Assembly: GCA_902625845.1 (NCBI GenBank)
Contig: CACOCT010000004.1
Coordinates: 2,778-66,777 of the forward strand
Origin: an uncultured Prochlorococcus sp.
GTDB taxonomy: Bacteria > Cyanobacteriota > Cyanobacteriia > PCC-6307 > Cyanobiaceae
Direction of reading: 5' to 3'
DNA: 64,000 nucleotides
The notes under the pieces were generated by a model. It saw only the letters and a program-made list of their open reading frames with translations. It made no database searches and was not told the origin of the DNA. The position numbers and the translations under genes are program-made. Of this stretch, positions 52,819 through 63,039 are shown one piece after another (position 1 is the stretch's first letter; each line of letters begins with the position of its first letter).

Positions 52819-53454
52819 TTGGACATCCTAACTTATCAGCAAAGGCAAAAACCAGATGAGTCGAATGATAGTGAGTTTTACTCTACTCCTAAGTTTGTAT
52901 ATCATTTAGATGCAAATTTCAGAAATAATCTTTCTAAACTTTATGAAGATGAGTTAGAAGAAAATTGTTCTATTCTTGACTTAATGTCAAGCTGGGATAG
53001 CTATCTTCCCAGAAAGTTTAAATATAAGAAAGTTATTGGTCATGGTCTAAACAAAGAGGAGCTTGAGAGAAATAAAGCTTTTGATGATTATTGGATACAA
53101 AATTTTAATATTAATCAAATCATTCCACTTGAGGATGAAACTATTGACTATTGCTTAATGGTAGCAGCATGGCAATATTTGCAATATCCAGAAAAAATAG
53201 CAAAAGAAATTGCGAGGATTTTAAATCAAAATGGAAAATTTATTATAGCTTTTTCAAATAGGGCTTTTTGGCATAAAGCTCCTAATATATGGACTTACTC
53301 GAATGAGAGTGAGAGGATTGAATATATCAGAAATATTCTTGTTGCAAATGGTTTCTGTGAGCCCAGGTTAATAAAAAAATTTACGGAAGAAAATTCCTTC
53401 TTACCTTTTTTAAATCGTGATCCTTTTTATTGTGTTATTTCTGAGAAGAAATAA
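52819..53454 (+). CDS. Class I SAM-dependent methyltransferase
   Basis: LDLMSSW.S.LP and FSNRAFW.KA motifs. Confidence 0.85.
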   Translation: MDILTYQQRQKPDESNDSEFYSTPKFVYHLDANFRNNLSKLYEDELEENCSILDLMSSWDSYLPRKFKYKKVIGHGLNKEELERNKAFDDYWIQNFNINQIIPLEDETIDYCLMVAAWQYLQYPEKIAKEIARILNQNGKFIIAFSNRAFWHKAPNIWTYSNESERIEYIRNILVANGFCEPRLIKKFTEENSFLPFLNRDPFYCVISEKK

Positions 53455-53549
53455 TAATTTGTAGAGAAAAAGGAATTATGATAGTTAATTTTCAAAATTA
53501 GTCCTAATTGATAATTATGTATATCATTAGGTAGGTAACTTAAAAATAA

Positions 53550-53795
53550 ATGGGCTCTAAAAGAGAAAAATATCCAGAAAAATGTCCATGGGATCTTGGT
53601 CCTAAGCAGCATTTAGCCGAAAAAGGTAAATGGACTTTAAGATCAGGAGAAACCTGTGTAAGTTTTAGTAAAAACAAGCTAGATAACAATTACTTTCATG
53701 TTATTAGTAATGAAAATGAAGAACAAATATTGGCTTTTAGAGCGAGATTACTATATCAAAAACTCCTTGATAAAGGATTCCGTTTAGTTGAATAA
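53550..53795 (+). CDS. Small hypothetical protein
   Basis: 81 aa ORF with ATG start and ordinary composition. Confidence 0.6.
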   Translation: MGSKREKYPEKCPWDLGPKQHLAEKGKWTLRSGETCVSFSKNKLDNNYFHVISNENEEQILAFRARLLYQKLLDKGFRLVE

Positions 53796-53843
53796 AAGGT
53801 TGAATTTTTCTTAAAGCATTAGATTAAAGATATAAAGATAAAT

Positions 53844-54491
53844 CTACATTGAAGATAATTCTTTAAAAATATACTTTATTTTTTTTGTATTATCATTATC
53901 ATCTAAAAATTTTATAATCCTTGAATCAAGTACCCAAATATTATTAATTCCTAAATTTACAAAATTATCTTCATATTCAAATTTTTTTGATTTTGGAGTT
54001 AAAGTTTCAATATCTAATTGCTGGCTTGAATATTTACTACTCAAAAATCCATCTCCAGTATCTATAAATTCTTTAACAAATATCTCAATTACAACACCGT
54101 GAATTTTTCTAAAAACCATATTAATTTTTTTATCTTTAATTATATATTTATCTCCCTCATTTTTACCTAAGACTTCTAATCTGATTCCTTTATCTGATTC
54201 TCCTAAAAATTTAAAATTATTATTCTTATGCACTTCAGAGAATTCTCTTTTAACTCTATGAATAGCGACTTCAAATAATTGAGATGATATACCCTTTACA
54301 ATACTATTTTCTGAGATATTTATTATTTTAGGTTTAAAGCTACTATCTAAAAAAAATTTGCCCTCAATAGATTTTTCATTCTCAAAATAAATACATTTAC
54401 CACTGTATCCATTGAAGGTAGTTGGCCATGTATACCTACTATTATAGGCTTCTTTAAATATTTCTTTGCAATTAAATTTAGATGAAATCAT
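53844..54491 (-). CDS. DUF3386-like protein
   Basis: F..AY..RYTW and QL.EVAIHR motifs; the longer start at 54557 would span the pcb terminator. Confidence 0.75.
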   Translation of the reverse strand: MISSKFNCKEIFKEAYNSRYTWPTTFNGYSGKCIYFENEKSIEGKFFLDSSFKPKIINISENSIVKGISSQLFEVAIHRVKREFSEVHKNNNFKFLGESDKGIRLEVLGKNEGDKYIIKDKKINMVFRKIHGVVIEIFVKEFIDTGDGFLSSKYSSQQLDIETLTPKSKKFEYEDNFVNLGINNIWVLDSRIIKFLDDNDNTKKIKYIFKELSSM

Positions 54492-54522
54492 TTTAGTAAA
54501 CCAAATAGAGGAATTAATAAAC

Positions 54523-54552
54523 AAAAAAAAACCTCTCAGAGAGAGGTTTTTT
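54523..54552 (-). terminator. Intrinsic terminator of pcb
   Basis: AAAAAACCTCTC-AGA-GAGAGGTTTTTT. Confidence 0.85.
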
Positions 54553-54568
54553 AGCAAGTTTTAATTAA

Positions 54569-55630
54569 TTAGCCATTCTGAGAAATTTTTGCATTTTCCA
54601 TGTTATCGAATGCTTGACCAATTTTCTTAAAGTCAAATCCCATAGCTCTTAAAGCATGCCATAGATGGCCTTGCAAAAAGAAGAAACCAAGATAAAAATG
54701 AACATTTGCTAACCAGGCTCTTGAACTGTAAGCACCCTCTCCTAAATCAACAGTATCAGTAAAATAAGGTGCAAATTGGAATTCTAATTTAAGTGGAGCT
54801 CCATATAGATCCTCCGCATAAATAGTTGTATTTGAAGCACACCAGAAAGCTGCTACAAAAGCACAGAATGAAACTCCTACTACAGAGTAAGAAAGAATAG
54901 CTTCTCCACCTAATAAACCTTTACCTTTGAACTCAGTGTACTCACCAAATTGCTTAGTAGCAATATGGAAAGCTCCTCCAATAATCTCTAAGAAAGCAAG
55001 GAAAGCATGGCCCCCCATAATATCTTCTAAGCTGTCAATCTTTAGGAAATCAAACTGATGATTCCATATAGCTGCGATATCAAGATTGTATATAACCTGT
55101 CTTGTTGAACCAATAGCTGGGTCATAAATTCCATGAATACGAGCCCATTCAACAAACATAATTGCTCCAAGACCTAAGAAGATTAAATGATGACCAAGAA
55201 TAAATGTTAATTTATCAGGATCATCCCATTCAAAGTCAAATTTCTGAGGCTTACTTCCTTCAGGATAATCTCCCAAATCACCTTCAAATTTATTTGAATG
55301 TAATAAACCACCAGCACCGAGAACTGCAGAGAAAATTAAATGCAATGTAGCAATCACAGTGATCCCATAAGTTTCAGTGATAACTCCATTTTCAACTCCA
55401 CCAATTCCAATACCAGCTAGGTGTGGTAAGCAAATTAAATTTTGAGATCCCATTGGAATTGAGGCATCGTAACGAGCCAACTCAAATAAAGCAAAAGCAC
55501 CTGCCCAAAACATCATTAAACCAGCATGGGCAGCATGAGCAGCTATGAATTTGCCTGATCGGCCTACAACACCAGAATTTCCTGCGTACCAATCATAGGT
55601 AACATCAGATTTTCCGTAACTTTGTAACAC
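54569..55630 (-). CDS. pcb: Chlorophyll a/b antenna protein, Pcb/IsiA family (isiB-linked, probably the iron-stress type)
   Basis: YDWYAGNS, AAHAAHAGL and GHLWHALRA motifs; lacks the large CP43 loop. Confidence 0.95.
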   Translation of the reverse strand: MLQSYGKSDVTYDWYAGNSGVVGRSGKFIAAHAAHAGLMMFWAGAFALFELARYDASIPMGSQNLICLPHLAGIGIGGVENGVITETYGITVIATLHLIFSAVLGAGGLLHSNKFEGDLGDYPEGSKPQKFDFEWDDPDKLTFILGHHLIFLGLGAIMFVEWARIHGIYDPAIGSTRQVIYNLDIAAIWNHQFDFLKIDSLEDIMGGHAFLAFLEIIGGAFHIATKQFGEYTEFKGKGLLGGEAILSYSVVGVSFCAFVAAFWCASNTTIYAEDLYGAPLKLEFQFAPYFTDTVDLGEGAYSSRAWLANVHFYLGFFFLQGHLWHALRAMGFDFKKIGQAFDNMENAKISQNG

Positions 55631-55821
55631 TTGATTTAAATAAACAACAAATGAAATCTATTGCTATTCTGGTAAATTTTGACTCATTCTTTACAATTTT
55701 TAGCAAGAAGTAAAGAAAGAGCCAATAGTAACTATCAAAAGCTACAAAAAAGCTCCAGAATTTCATTATTGGCATTAAACCATTAAATAATCCTGAAGCT
55801 TTAAGTATTTTTGTTAACGAA

Positions 55822-56346
55822 TTAAGCTAATGAAGGAATTTCACTTTTTAGTTGTGAAGCCCAAGTTTCTAAACGAGAGTCAGTTAAATCTGATTCACTA
55901 TCCTCATCTAGTGGTAAACCACAGAAGCTTTCTCCAATAATACTCTTTGACTCTTCAAATGTATATGAAGATTTATCCACATACCCAACCATATCAGCTC
56001 CTGCTTTCTGGAAGTAACTATGTAGCTCTTCCATTGCATCACAATAGTTTTCTGTATATGTAGAAGAATCACCAAGACCAAAAATAGCTACTTTTTTACC
56101 AGATAAACTAAGCTCACCAATATCTTCCAATATTGAATCCCAAGCAGTTCCAGACCTTTCTTCATCTGCACCAGTATTCCATGTTGGGATGCCACAAATA
56201 ATTCCATCAAGGCCTTCTAGCTCTGAAAGATCATCTACATCTGATACATCTTTAGGTGACTCTGCAGATGAAATGAAATTGTGAAGACGATCTGCAACGT
56301 CTTCTGTTTTTCCAGTTGTAGTAGCGTAGTAAATTCCTACAGTCAT
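55822..56346 (-). CDS. isiB: Flavodoxin
   Basis: ATTTGKTE, PTWNTG, FGLGD and GLPLDED motifs. Confidence 0.95.
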   Translation of the reverse strand: MTVGIYYATTTGKTEDVADRLHNFISSAESPKDVSDVDDLSELEGLDGIICGIPTWNTGADEERSGTAWDSILEDIGELSLSGKKVAIFGLGDSSTYTENYCDAMEELHSYFQKAGADMVGYVDKSSYTFEESKSIIGESFCGLPLDEDSESDLTDSRLETWASQLKSEIPSLA

Positions 56347-56489
56347 AACTTCAAATTGATTACCCTTAAAATAATAAAATAAAAATCATTGATTTATTTT
56401 TTTAAAAAACTCTTTTTATGTAAAAATTTATACTTATTTATGTATAGATTATTAACGAGAGCGCAAATTAACTCGTATTTGTAAATTAC

Positions 56490-57221
56490 ATGACAAAAAT
56501 CGAAGTAAAAAATCTTTTAACGAATTTGATTAATGATTTTCATTATGAAAAAGCAAAAAAATATAAACTATTAGTATTTGTAGGTTTGTTAGGAGATTTT
56601 GATAGTTTTGAATATGCTATTAACCTAACTAAATTTATAACTTCAAATAAAATTAATAATCTAGATATTTTTTTTATAGCGATAGGTAATCAAAAAGGTA
56701 AAGAAAAATTTTGCAAATATACTGGTTTCCCAAAAAACAATCTAAAAGTCGTTAATAATAATCAACTACACAATCTTTTAGGAGCTTCAAATGGTTTAAA
56801 CATTGGTTTAGGTGGTTGGATTAATATGACACTAATGCTAATGGGAATTGGTTCTTCAAAAACGTTAGTAGAAGTTATTAGAGGATACACAGGAGACAAA
56901 GACTCTAATCAGATTTACAATGATTATGATCAAATAAATTTATTTAATTTTTTTAAATTCTCAGGTAAATTATTTGGAAAATCATTTGGGAAAGGCTATT
57001 TAAGACCATTTGAGTTGGCTACATTTAGATTGAGTAATATGATTGAAATTTTTAAAAACTGGAAAGACTATATGATTGATACTAATTATTTACCACAAAG
57101 ATCTTGTACTTTTATTATTGATCAAAATAATGATGTGATATATAAATATTTTTCAAAAGATATACTCAATTACTCAAATAACATGAAATCGCCTTTAGAT
57201 TTTCTAAAAAAATATCTATAG
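56490..57221 (+). CDS. AhpC/TSA-like (peroxiredoxin-like) protein
   Basis: LGDFDSFEYA, EV.RGY.GD and RPFELAT motifs. Confidence 0.75.
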   Translation: MTKIEVKNLLTNLINDFHYEKAKKYKLLVFVGLLGDFDSFEYAINLTKFITSNKINNLDIFFIAIGNQKGKEKFCKYTGFPKNNLKVVNNNQLHNLLGASNGLNIGLGGWINMTLMLMGIGSSKTLVEVIRGYTGDKDSNQIYNDYDQINLFNFFKFSGKLFGKSFGKGYLRPFELATFRLSNMIEIFKNWKDYMIDTNYLPQRSCTFIIDQNNDVIYKYFSKDILNYSNNMKSPLDFLKKYL

Positions 57222-57225
57222 AAAT

Positions 57226-57492
57226 ATGTTTAATTTTAATATTGAGTTTTTTGGATATTTTGCCGCAATATTAACCACTCTAGCCTTTTTACCACAGTTA
57301 ATAAAAACTCTTAGAACGAAAAAGGCAGAAGATGTTTCACTTTTAACATTAATAATGTTCTTAACGGGTGTATTTTCTTGGATTATTTATGGATACAAAA
57401 TCTCATCAACTCCAATACTATCTGCAAACATTATTACCTTTATTTTGAATCTACTAATTTTAATTTTCAAAATTACTTTTTCAAAGTATTAA
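57226..57492 (+). CDS. SemiSWEET / PQ-loop transporter
   Basis: AFLPQ.IKT, W..YG and AN motifs; 3 TM helices. Confidence 0.88.
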   Translation: MFNFNIEFFGYFAAILTTLAFLPQLIKTLRTKKAEDVSLLTLIMFLTGVFSWIIYGYKISSTPILSANIITFILNLLILIFKITFSKY

Positions 57493-57588
57493 ATAACTCT
57501 TAATTTATTGATAAATGGATTTGTATAAATTTTATTCAACATAATGAAGAATATTATTTATTATCAAATATAAGTTAACGCAAAGTTT

Positions 57589-57813
57589 TTGAAAACTACA
57601 AAATGCTGGGTTTGGTTCAGAGGAAATTTAAACGGGAATGGACACTGGAAAGAAGGTTTTACTTGTACCTTTGATGAAAAACCAGGAATTTTAATAGAAA
57701 GTCCTGCTTACGTCAGTTGTAGAGTTCCAAACTGGAGGGTTTTAACTACGGAACCAGAAGACTTTTCAAAAAGTCCTGCCATCCCTGATAATGCCATTTG
57801 GAAGTTAATTTAA
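57589..57813 (+). CDS. Small conserved hypothetical protein
   Basis: Trp-rich 74 aa ORF; YVSCRVPNWRV. Confidence 0.65.
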   Translation: MKTTKCWVWFRGNLNGNGHWKEGFTCTFDEKPGILIESPAYVSCRVPNWRVLTTEPEDFSKSPAIPDNAIWKLI

Positions 57814-57880
57814 AATTCGAAATTTCAATATTTAATTAGTCTTATTTAAAGTTACAATTTAATTTTACGACTCAAGACCT

Positions 57881-58792
57881 ATTTATAAATTATTTATTGA
57901 TATTATACCTTTTTTAATAATTGGTTTTTTTATTGGCAAAGTTAAACCCTTAGCCTCTGAAAGAATATCTATAAGTTTAATTAGATTTGGAATCCCCATA
58001 AGTGTTATGGGGTTACTTTTAAAGTCTGGAATAAATATTGATTTAATTAAATCAGCTATATTAGCCTTTATAACAATTGTTTGTTTATTGGTCATTATTA
58101 ATATTATCCCAGCATTAAAAAATATATTTCCAAATTATTCACTACAATTAGCAGGCTTAATAGGTAACACCTCCTTTCTAGGAATACCTATTGCTATTGC
58201 TCTTTTACCAACAGAGACTATCAACTTTACAATTGGATTTGATCTTGGTACAACTCTCTTCTCTTGGATCTTTGGTCCTTATTTGCTTCAAAAAACAAGT
58301 AATACTTATTCTTTTTTGAATTTTAGAAAACTTGTGTTTTCTATATTTTATAGTCCTGCTTCAAGAGGAATAATTGGAGTATTAATAATCTATCTACTTG
58401 GGTTAGAGAGTATAATGGAAGACTTTCTTTGGTTGCCTGCAAGATTTGTCATCTATTTAGCTATTGTTGTAGTGGGCTCAAGACTTGGCATAATTAATAA
58501 TACTAAAAAAGTAATAATTCAATTTAAGGAGAAAATTAAATATTCTTTGCTTTTAAAGCTTTTTATTCTACCTTTTTTGGTTTATGTTACTTGTCGTATC
58601 TTAAATTTGGGAAGAATAGAAACAATCGCATTAGTACTTCAAGCGGGAACACCAAGCGCTATATCAACAATGTTGCTGGCAGAAGCTTATAAGAAGCAAA
58701 GGGAATTAGCAGCAAACGCTCTTTTTAAAACTACAATTGTGTCTACAGCTACAATTCCTCTTATATTTTTAATTATTAATGCAAATTTTTGA
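57881..58792 (+). CDS. AEC (auxin efflux carrier) family transporter
   Basis: GNTSFLGIP and QAGTPSA motifs; frame is open upstream of ATG 58007 and encodes a further TM helix; start uncertain. Confidence 0.82.
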   Translation: MYKLFIDIIPFLIIGFFIGKVKPLASERISISLIRFGIPISVMGLLLKSGINIDLIKSAILAFITIVCLLVIINIIPALKNIFPNYSLQLAGLIGNTSFLGIPIAIALLPTETINFTIGFDLGTTLFSWIFGPYLLQKTSNTYSFLNFRKLVFSIFYSPASRGIIGVLIIYLLGLESIMEDFLWLPARFVIYLAIVVVGSRLGIINNTKKVIIQFKEKIKYSLLLKLFILPFLVYVTCRILNLGRIETIALVLQAGTPSAISTMLLAEAYKKQRELAANALFKTTIVSTATIPLIFLIINANF

Positions 58793-58868
58793 TTAACTAA
58801 CATACATGAAACTCATTAATTGTAAATATAAGGTGCAGAAATCCACATAATGTCTTAAGATTTTCTTT

Positions 58869-59120
58869 ATGAAGTCAATTAACTCTCATAATGAATATAT
58901 TCCTTTAAGGATTAATATCTCTTTAAGAAGAGATACCTTAAGACTTATTTCGGAAATGGCTAACGATATGGGAATTAGTATTGATGAAGTTTTAAGTTTT
59001 CTCGCAGAAGATTCAGTGATAGATTTAGAAATAGATGAAGATTTAAAAGATATAAGAATTCCAAGTAGTTGTAGTCTTGAAGAATTGAGGAATATTATAG
59101 AGGAAAGAAAATCGTTCTAA
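58869..59120 (+). CDS. Small hypothetical protein, possible ribbon-helix-helix fold
   Basis: RINISL strand followed by L..MA...GIS..EV helices. Confidence 0.6.
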   Translation: MKSINSHNEYIPLRINISLRRDTLRLISEMANDMGISIDEVLSFLAEDSVIDLEIDEDLKDIRIPSSCSLEELRNIIEERKSF

Positions 59121-60928
59121 AATATTTCATATTTTTCAATTCTCCATGTTGATTTTATCCCTAATTCTTTGAATTTTTTTGCAGACGATTCTAAATCCCT
59201 TCTTTTGATCCTCAGCAAACTATATATTCCATAATTCCCCAGCTTTAAAGAATCTATTTCGTTCCAATGGTTTTCTTCTTTCGAATATTTATCAATTACT
59301 ACCAAAAAGCTATCAGATTGGTAGTTAGGTTGATCTAACTCATTACTTCTCTTCCCGACATTAAATCTTTCATATAAATTAATCAACCCAGAAGGAGAAC
59401 TTGATTCATAAAAAACTATCTGTTTTGAATAAAAATGTAGTGAAGGTTTTCTAATACCAATCATTGCTATTGGTTCACTTTTAGATCTTACATTAATAAT
59501 TTTTTTTGAGATATTTCTCAATGGTACTTGCCTCATATTATCAGCCAATTTTCTTATTGGTGGCATTAAAAAAAATTGGCCAATTAAGAAAAATATTTGA
59601 AAAAGAAGTAATGATTTTGGTGAAAATTTAAATATAAAAATGGTGGATATTACTGTTAAAAAAGTAAACAAAAGCTTTGCTCTAAGAATTAGTCCATTTA
59701 TTTTTATTTGAGTAACGAGATCAGGCATTTCAGGATCATTTATTAATTCCAACCAACTATCAGAAAAATAGAAGGCGATAGAAAATCCAAATAATATTAA
59801 AGTTGTTAATGTCCAAATTAAAGAGCTATTTGATCTATTATTAATTAATGTTTGTGCACTTCTACTTATTAAAATTGAAGCGGCAGGAACTGCAGGGATC
59901 CAATAGCTAGGAAGCTTTGTAGCTGAAAAACTAAAAAATAAAAAAACAGATATAAGCCAACATAAGGAAAAAATATAAATATTATTTGAATTTTCAGATC
60001 TAATTTCGAATTTTCTAAATAATTCTTTGAAGGTATCAATTATTCCATGGATTAAAAAAATAGAAAATGGTAAAGAAGCTAATATTAAAATGAATAAATA
60101 AAACCACCATGGCTCTGTGTGATTATTTACAACAGATGTATATCTCTTAAGATTATGATAACCAAAAAAATTATCCCAAAAAACATTACCATTTTGAAAT
60201 AGCTGTATAAAATACCAGGGAGAGCTTATAAAAAGAGTCAATAAAAGACCTCTGCCAGGATTTATTTTTAAGAGCAATTTATTCCAGTTTTTATGAGTTA
60301 TTAAAAAGCTAAATAAAGTAGTAAAAATTATTACAAAAGCAACTGGACCCTTAGTTAATATTCCGATTGCTAAGAATAACCAAGGTAAAACACAAATACT
60401 ATTATCTTCGCTTGAAAGTTTTCTCCAAAAAGATAATAGGCTTGCTCCTAAAGTAGCGCATAAAAGAGAATCACTAACAGCTGTCCTGCTCCAGATAATA
60501 ATTAATGGAGATAAGACGAAGCTCAATGAAGCTATCAATGAAAGTTGCATCTTAACCTTAGAATTGTCTGTTGCGCAGAATACAGTATCAGCAATCATCA
60601 TCATCAAAAATAATGTAGATAAGGCAGAAGGAAGTCTTGCAGATAGAGAGCCTAATTCATCCCATACTTCATTAGCTGGAATGGAATAAAATATAGCCAT
60701 TAACCAATAGAAAAAAGGTGGCTTATCAAAACGTAAAATTCCATTAACTTTTGGGGTTAGCCAATCCCCAGAATGACTCATTGCTCTTCCCGCAGATGCA
60801 AAAAGAGGAGGTGTTTCATCAATAAGGCCTGTCGAACCCAAACCAAATAGAAGAAGAAAGTATCCAGAAATAAAAATTATTGAAAGGTTTAAAAACCTCC
60901 GCTTAGTGAAAATATTTATCATGAACAC
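59117..60928 (-). CDS. ArnT/PMT (GT39/GT83)-family glycosyltransferase
   Basis: DE, GDWLTP, FDKPP, ARLPS and LTKGP motifs. Confidence 0.9.
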   Translation of the reverse strand: MFMINIFTKRRFLNLSIIFISGYFLLLFGLGSTGLIDETPPLFASAGRAMSHSGDWLTPKVNGILRFDKPPFFYWLMAIFYSIPANEVWDELGSLSARLPSALSTLFLMMMIADTVFCATDNSKVKMQLSLIASLSFVLSPLIIIWSRTAVSDSLLCATLGASLLSFWRKLSSEDNSICVLPWLFLAIGILTKGPVAFVIIFTTLFSFLITHKNWNKLLLKINPGRGLLLTLFISSPWYFIQLFQNGNVFWDNFFGYHNLKRYTSVVNNHTEPWWFYLFILILASLPFSIFLIHGIIDTFKELFRKFEIRSENSNNIYIFSLCWLISVFLFFSFSATKLPSYWIPAVPAASILISRSAQTLINNRSNSSLIWTLTTLILFGFSIAFYFSDSWLELINDPEMPDLVTQIKINGLILRAKLLFTFLTVISTIFIFKFSPKSLLLFQIFFLIGQFFLMPPIRKLADNMRQVPLRNISKKIINVRSKSEPIAMIGIRKPSLHFYSKQIVFYESSSPSGLINLYERFNVGKRSNELDQPNYQSDSFLVVIDKYSKEENHWNEIDSLKLGNYGIYSLLRIKRRDLESSAKKFKELGIKSTWRIEKYEIF

Positions 60929-60934
60929 CTAAAA

Positions 60935-62011
60935 TCATTCATATTCTTTAATAACTCTTTTAAGCCAACTAACAACCTTCTTAGCAAAAATATTTGAAGA
61001 AGCGTTATTCTCTACCCAATCTCTACATTTTCTACGATTTATAAAATCAATTTGTTCTAAATACAAAAGAAGACTTTCTTTATCATCTGCTTTAACGAGG
61101 AAACCAGTTTCTCCGTGCTGAATAATTTCTCCTGGTCCTCCTCTTTTATATGCAACAACAGGAACACCACAGGCTAATGCTTCAACTACTACATTTCCAT
61201 AAGCTTCATTCCACTTTGGAGTATTTATTAAAGCTCTACATTGTCCCAACTCCTCCTGTAATTTGTTAGTTGGTAAAAAACCTTTCCAACATATCTCTCC
61301 AGATGGATATAGTCCTGAAATTTTAGAGGCATAATCTTCATCCTCAATAACCCCCCAGACATTTAGTGTTTCTCCAATTTCAGAAGCTACATATGCAGCA
61401 TCTTCAAGCCCTTTTTCAGGAGCAACTCGTCCTACCCATGCCAAGGGACCTTCTTTTTTTTCCTGAAAAGTATATTTTGATAATTCAAAACCATTCCCAA
61501 GGATTATTGGTTCTTTTATAAAAGGATAATCAGAGGCCTGTGCTTTGCTATGAAAAGCAAAATTGTAAGGATAATTTGCATACACCTTCGAAATTATATT
61601 ACTTATCTCAAAACTTTCATCGCCCATGCTTATAAGATGCAAAATGGGAAAATTGATTTCTAAAGTTTTAGAAATTGGGAGTAAATCATAAGACAAATTT
61701 ATAATTGCATCACAATCTTTAATTAAGGAAAGTGCTTTTTCAAGCATTACATTAACAATAGAACCCTTTGAATTATCTGTTTTAGCAAAGTAATCCTGAT
61801 GTTGCCAACTGCTTTGTTCATACCCCCCCACCGTAAATAGATTAGCAGCGCTGCAACTTTCAGGTAACTTTGAATTAATAGGGGCTACAACATTTATAAA
61901 ATGATTTTGTTTTAATAATCCGCTTACTAAAGAATTTAAAGTCAATTCAACTCCACCCCCTCTACCACTTCCTAAAAATCCTATTGGAGTACTTATTATT
62001 GTTAATTTCAT
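60935..62011 (-). CDS. GT4 glycosyltransferase
   Basis: GGGVE, GRVAPEKG and EAYG...EALACGVPV motifs. Confidence 0.9.
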   Translation of the reverse strand: MKLTIISTPIGFLGSGRGGGVELTLNSLVSGLLKQNHFINVVAPINSKLPESCSAANLFTVGGYEQSSWQHQDYFAKTDNSKGSIVNVMLEKALSLIKDCDAIINLSYDLLPISKTLEINFPILHLISMGDESFEISNIISKVYANYPYNFAFHSKAQASDYPFIKEPIILGNGFELSKYTFQEKKEGPLAWVGRVAPEKGLEDAAYVASEIGETLNVWGVIEDEDYASKISGLYPSGEICWKGFLPTNKLQEELGQCRALINTPKWNEAYGNVVVEALACGVPVVAYKRGGPGEIIQHGETGFLVKADDKESLLLYLEQIDFINRRKCRDWVENNASSNIFAKKVVSWLKRVIKEYE

Positions 62012-62040
62012 CTTATGAAATGACTAAATATTTATTCCCA

Positions 62041-62985
62041 CTAGATTTTACTATCACTATTATCTAATTCCCACAAAGATTTCCTCTGGCTAACAAAAAA
62101 CACTGAAACCAATACAAAAATAACACCAACCCATTGAAGAACTGTTAATCTCTCATCTAGCCAAACTCCACCACTTAACAAAGCAAAAACGGGAGTTAAA
62201 AAAGCGAGGGTACTAAAACCTGTAATTTCTTTATTATTTGCAAAATAAAAAAATAATCCATAAGCAATGGCGCTACCAAAAACACTTGCAAAGGACATTA
62301 AGCCCCAGTCAGTAAAAGTCCAATTTGGAAATGATTGAAAATTAGTATCAAAAAAATATTTAAAAATTAAAGGCAAGCTACCAAAAACCATATGCCAACC
62401 AGTAACAGAAACCGGATCACTTTTTGTACAGGTTAATCTAATAAGTATTGTCCCTAGAGCCATGGATAATGCCGCTGCTAACATCCAGGCTTCTCCAATA
62501 TTAAAGTTTATGTCTCCTAAATCTGTATCTGACATTAACCACCATTTCTCTAAAAATTCCTGAGGAAATCCAAGAAAAATTATTCCTCCTAAACCAAACA
62601 AAAGGCCCAACCATCCAATAGGATTTATTAAGTTTCCAAAAATTGCCCTAGCTAGAAGAGCCACTATTAGTGGTTGAGAATCAATCAAAACAGATCCTAA
62701 CCCAGCTCCAGTTTTAGAAATACCATAAGTTAAAAATAATTGAAAAAATGTTGCGTCGACAATTGTAAAAACGATAAACCACTTCAAATCGCACTTATAA
62801 ATTTTTAAATCTCTCTTAAGCAAATATGTTGTAATCAGGACAAGAATCCCTGCAGGGAATAATCTTAAAAATGCAACTAATTCAGGTCCACCACTTGATA
62901 CAAGAGGGGTCATAGCAGCCATGGAAGTCCCCCAGAGTGCAAAAGGGAGTATCATTAAAAACCAATTTAGAAATAAATTCATCAA
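62041..62985 (-). CDS. DMT/EamA transporter
   Basis: About 10 TM helices; LWG, SQPL and LTPVFA motifs. Confidence 0.88.
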   Translation of the reverse strand: MMNLFLNWFLMILPFALWGTSMAAMTPLVSSGGPELVAFLRLFPAGILVLITTYLLKRDLKIYKCDLKWFIVFTIVDATFFQLFLTYGISKTGAGLGSVLIDSQPLIVALLARAIFGNLINPIGWLGLLFGLGGIIFLGFPQEFLEKWWLMSDTDLGDINFNIGEAWMLAAALSMALGTILIRLTCTKSDPVSVTGWHMVFGSLPLIFKYFFDTNFQSFPNWTFTDWGLMSFASVFGSAIAYGLFFYFANNKEITGFSTLAFLTPVFALLSGGVWLDERLTVLQWVGVIFVLVSVFFVSQRKSLWELDNSDSKI

Positions 62986-63039
62986 ATCTACTGATAATCT
63001 TTTTATTGTTATTTAAGATTAATAATAAAAAACAAAAAA

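Noticed and set aside
55606-55774. Possible minus-strand ORF MPIMKFWSFFVAF... between isiB and pcb
   Set aside because: It runs out of frame over the pcb promoter and start and has no recognisable motif.
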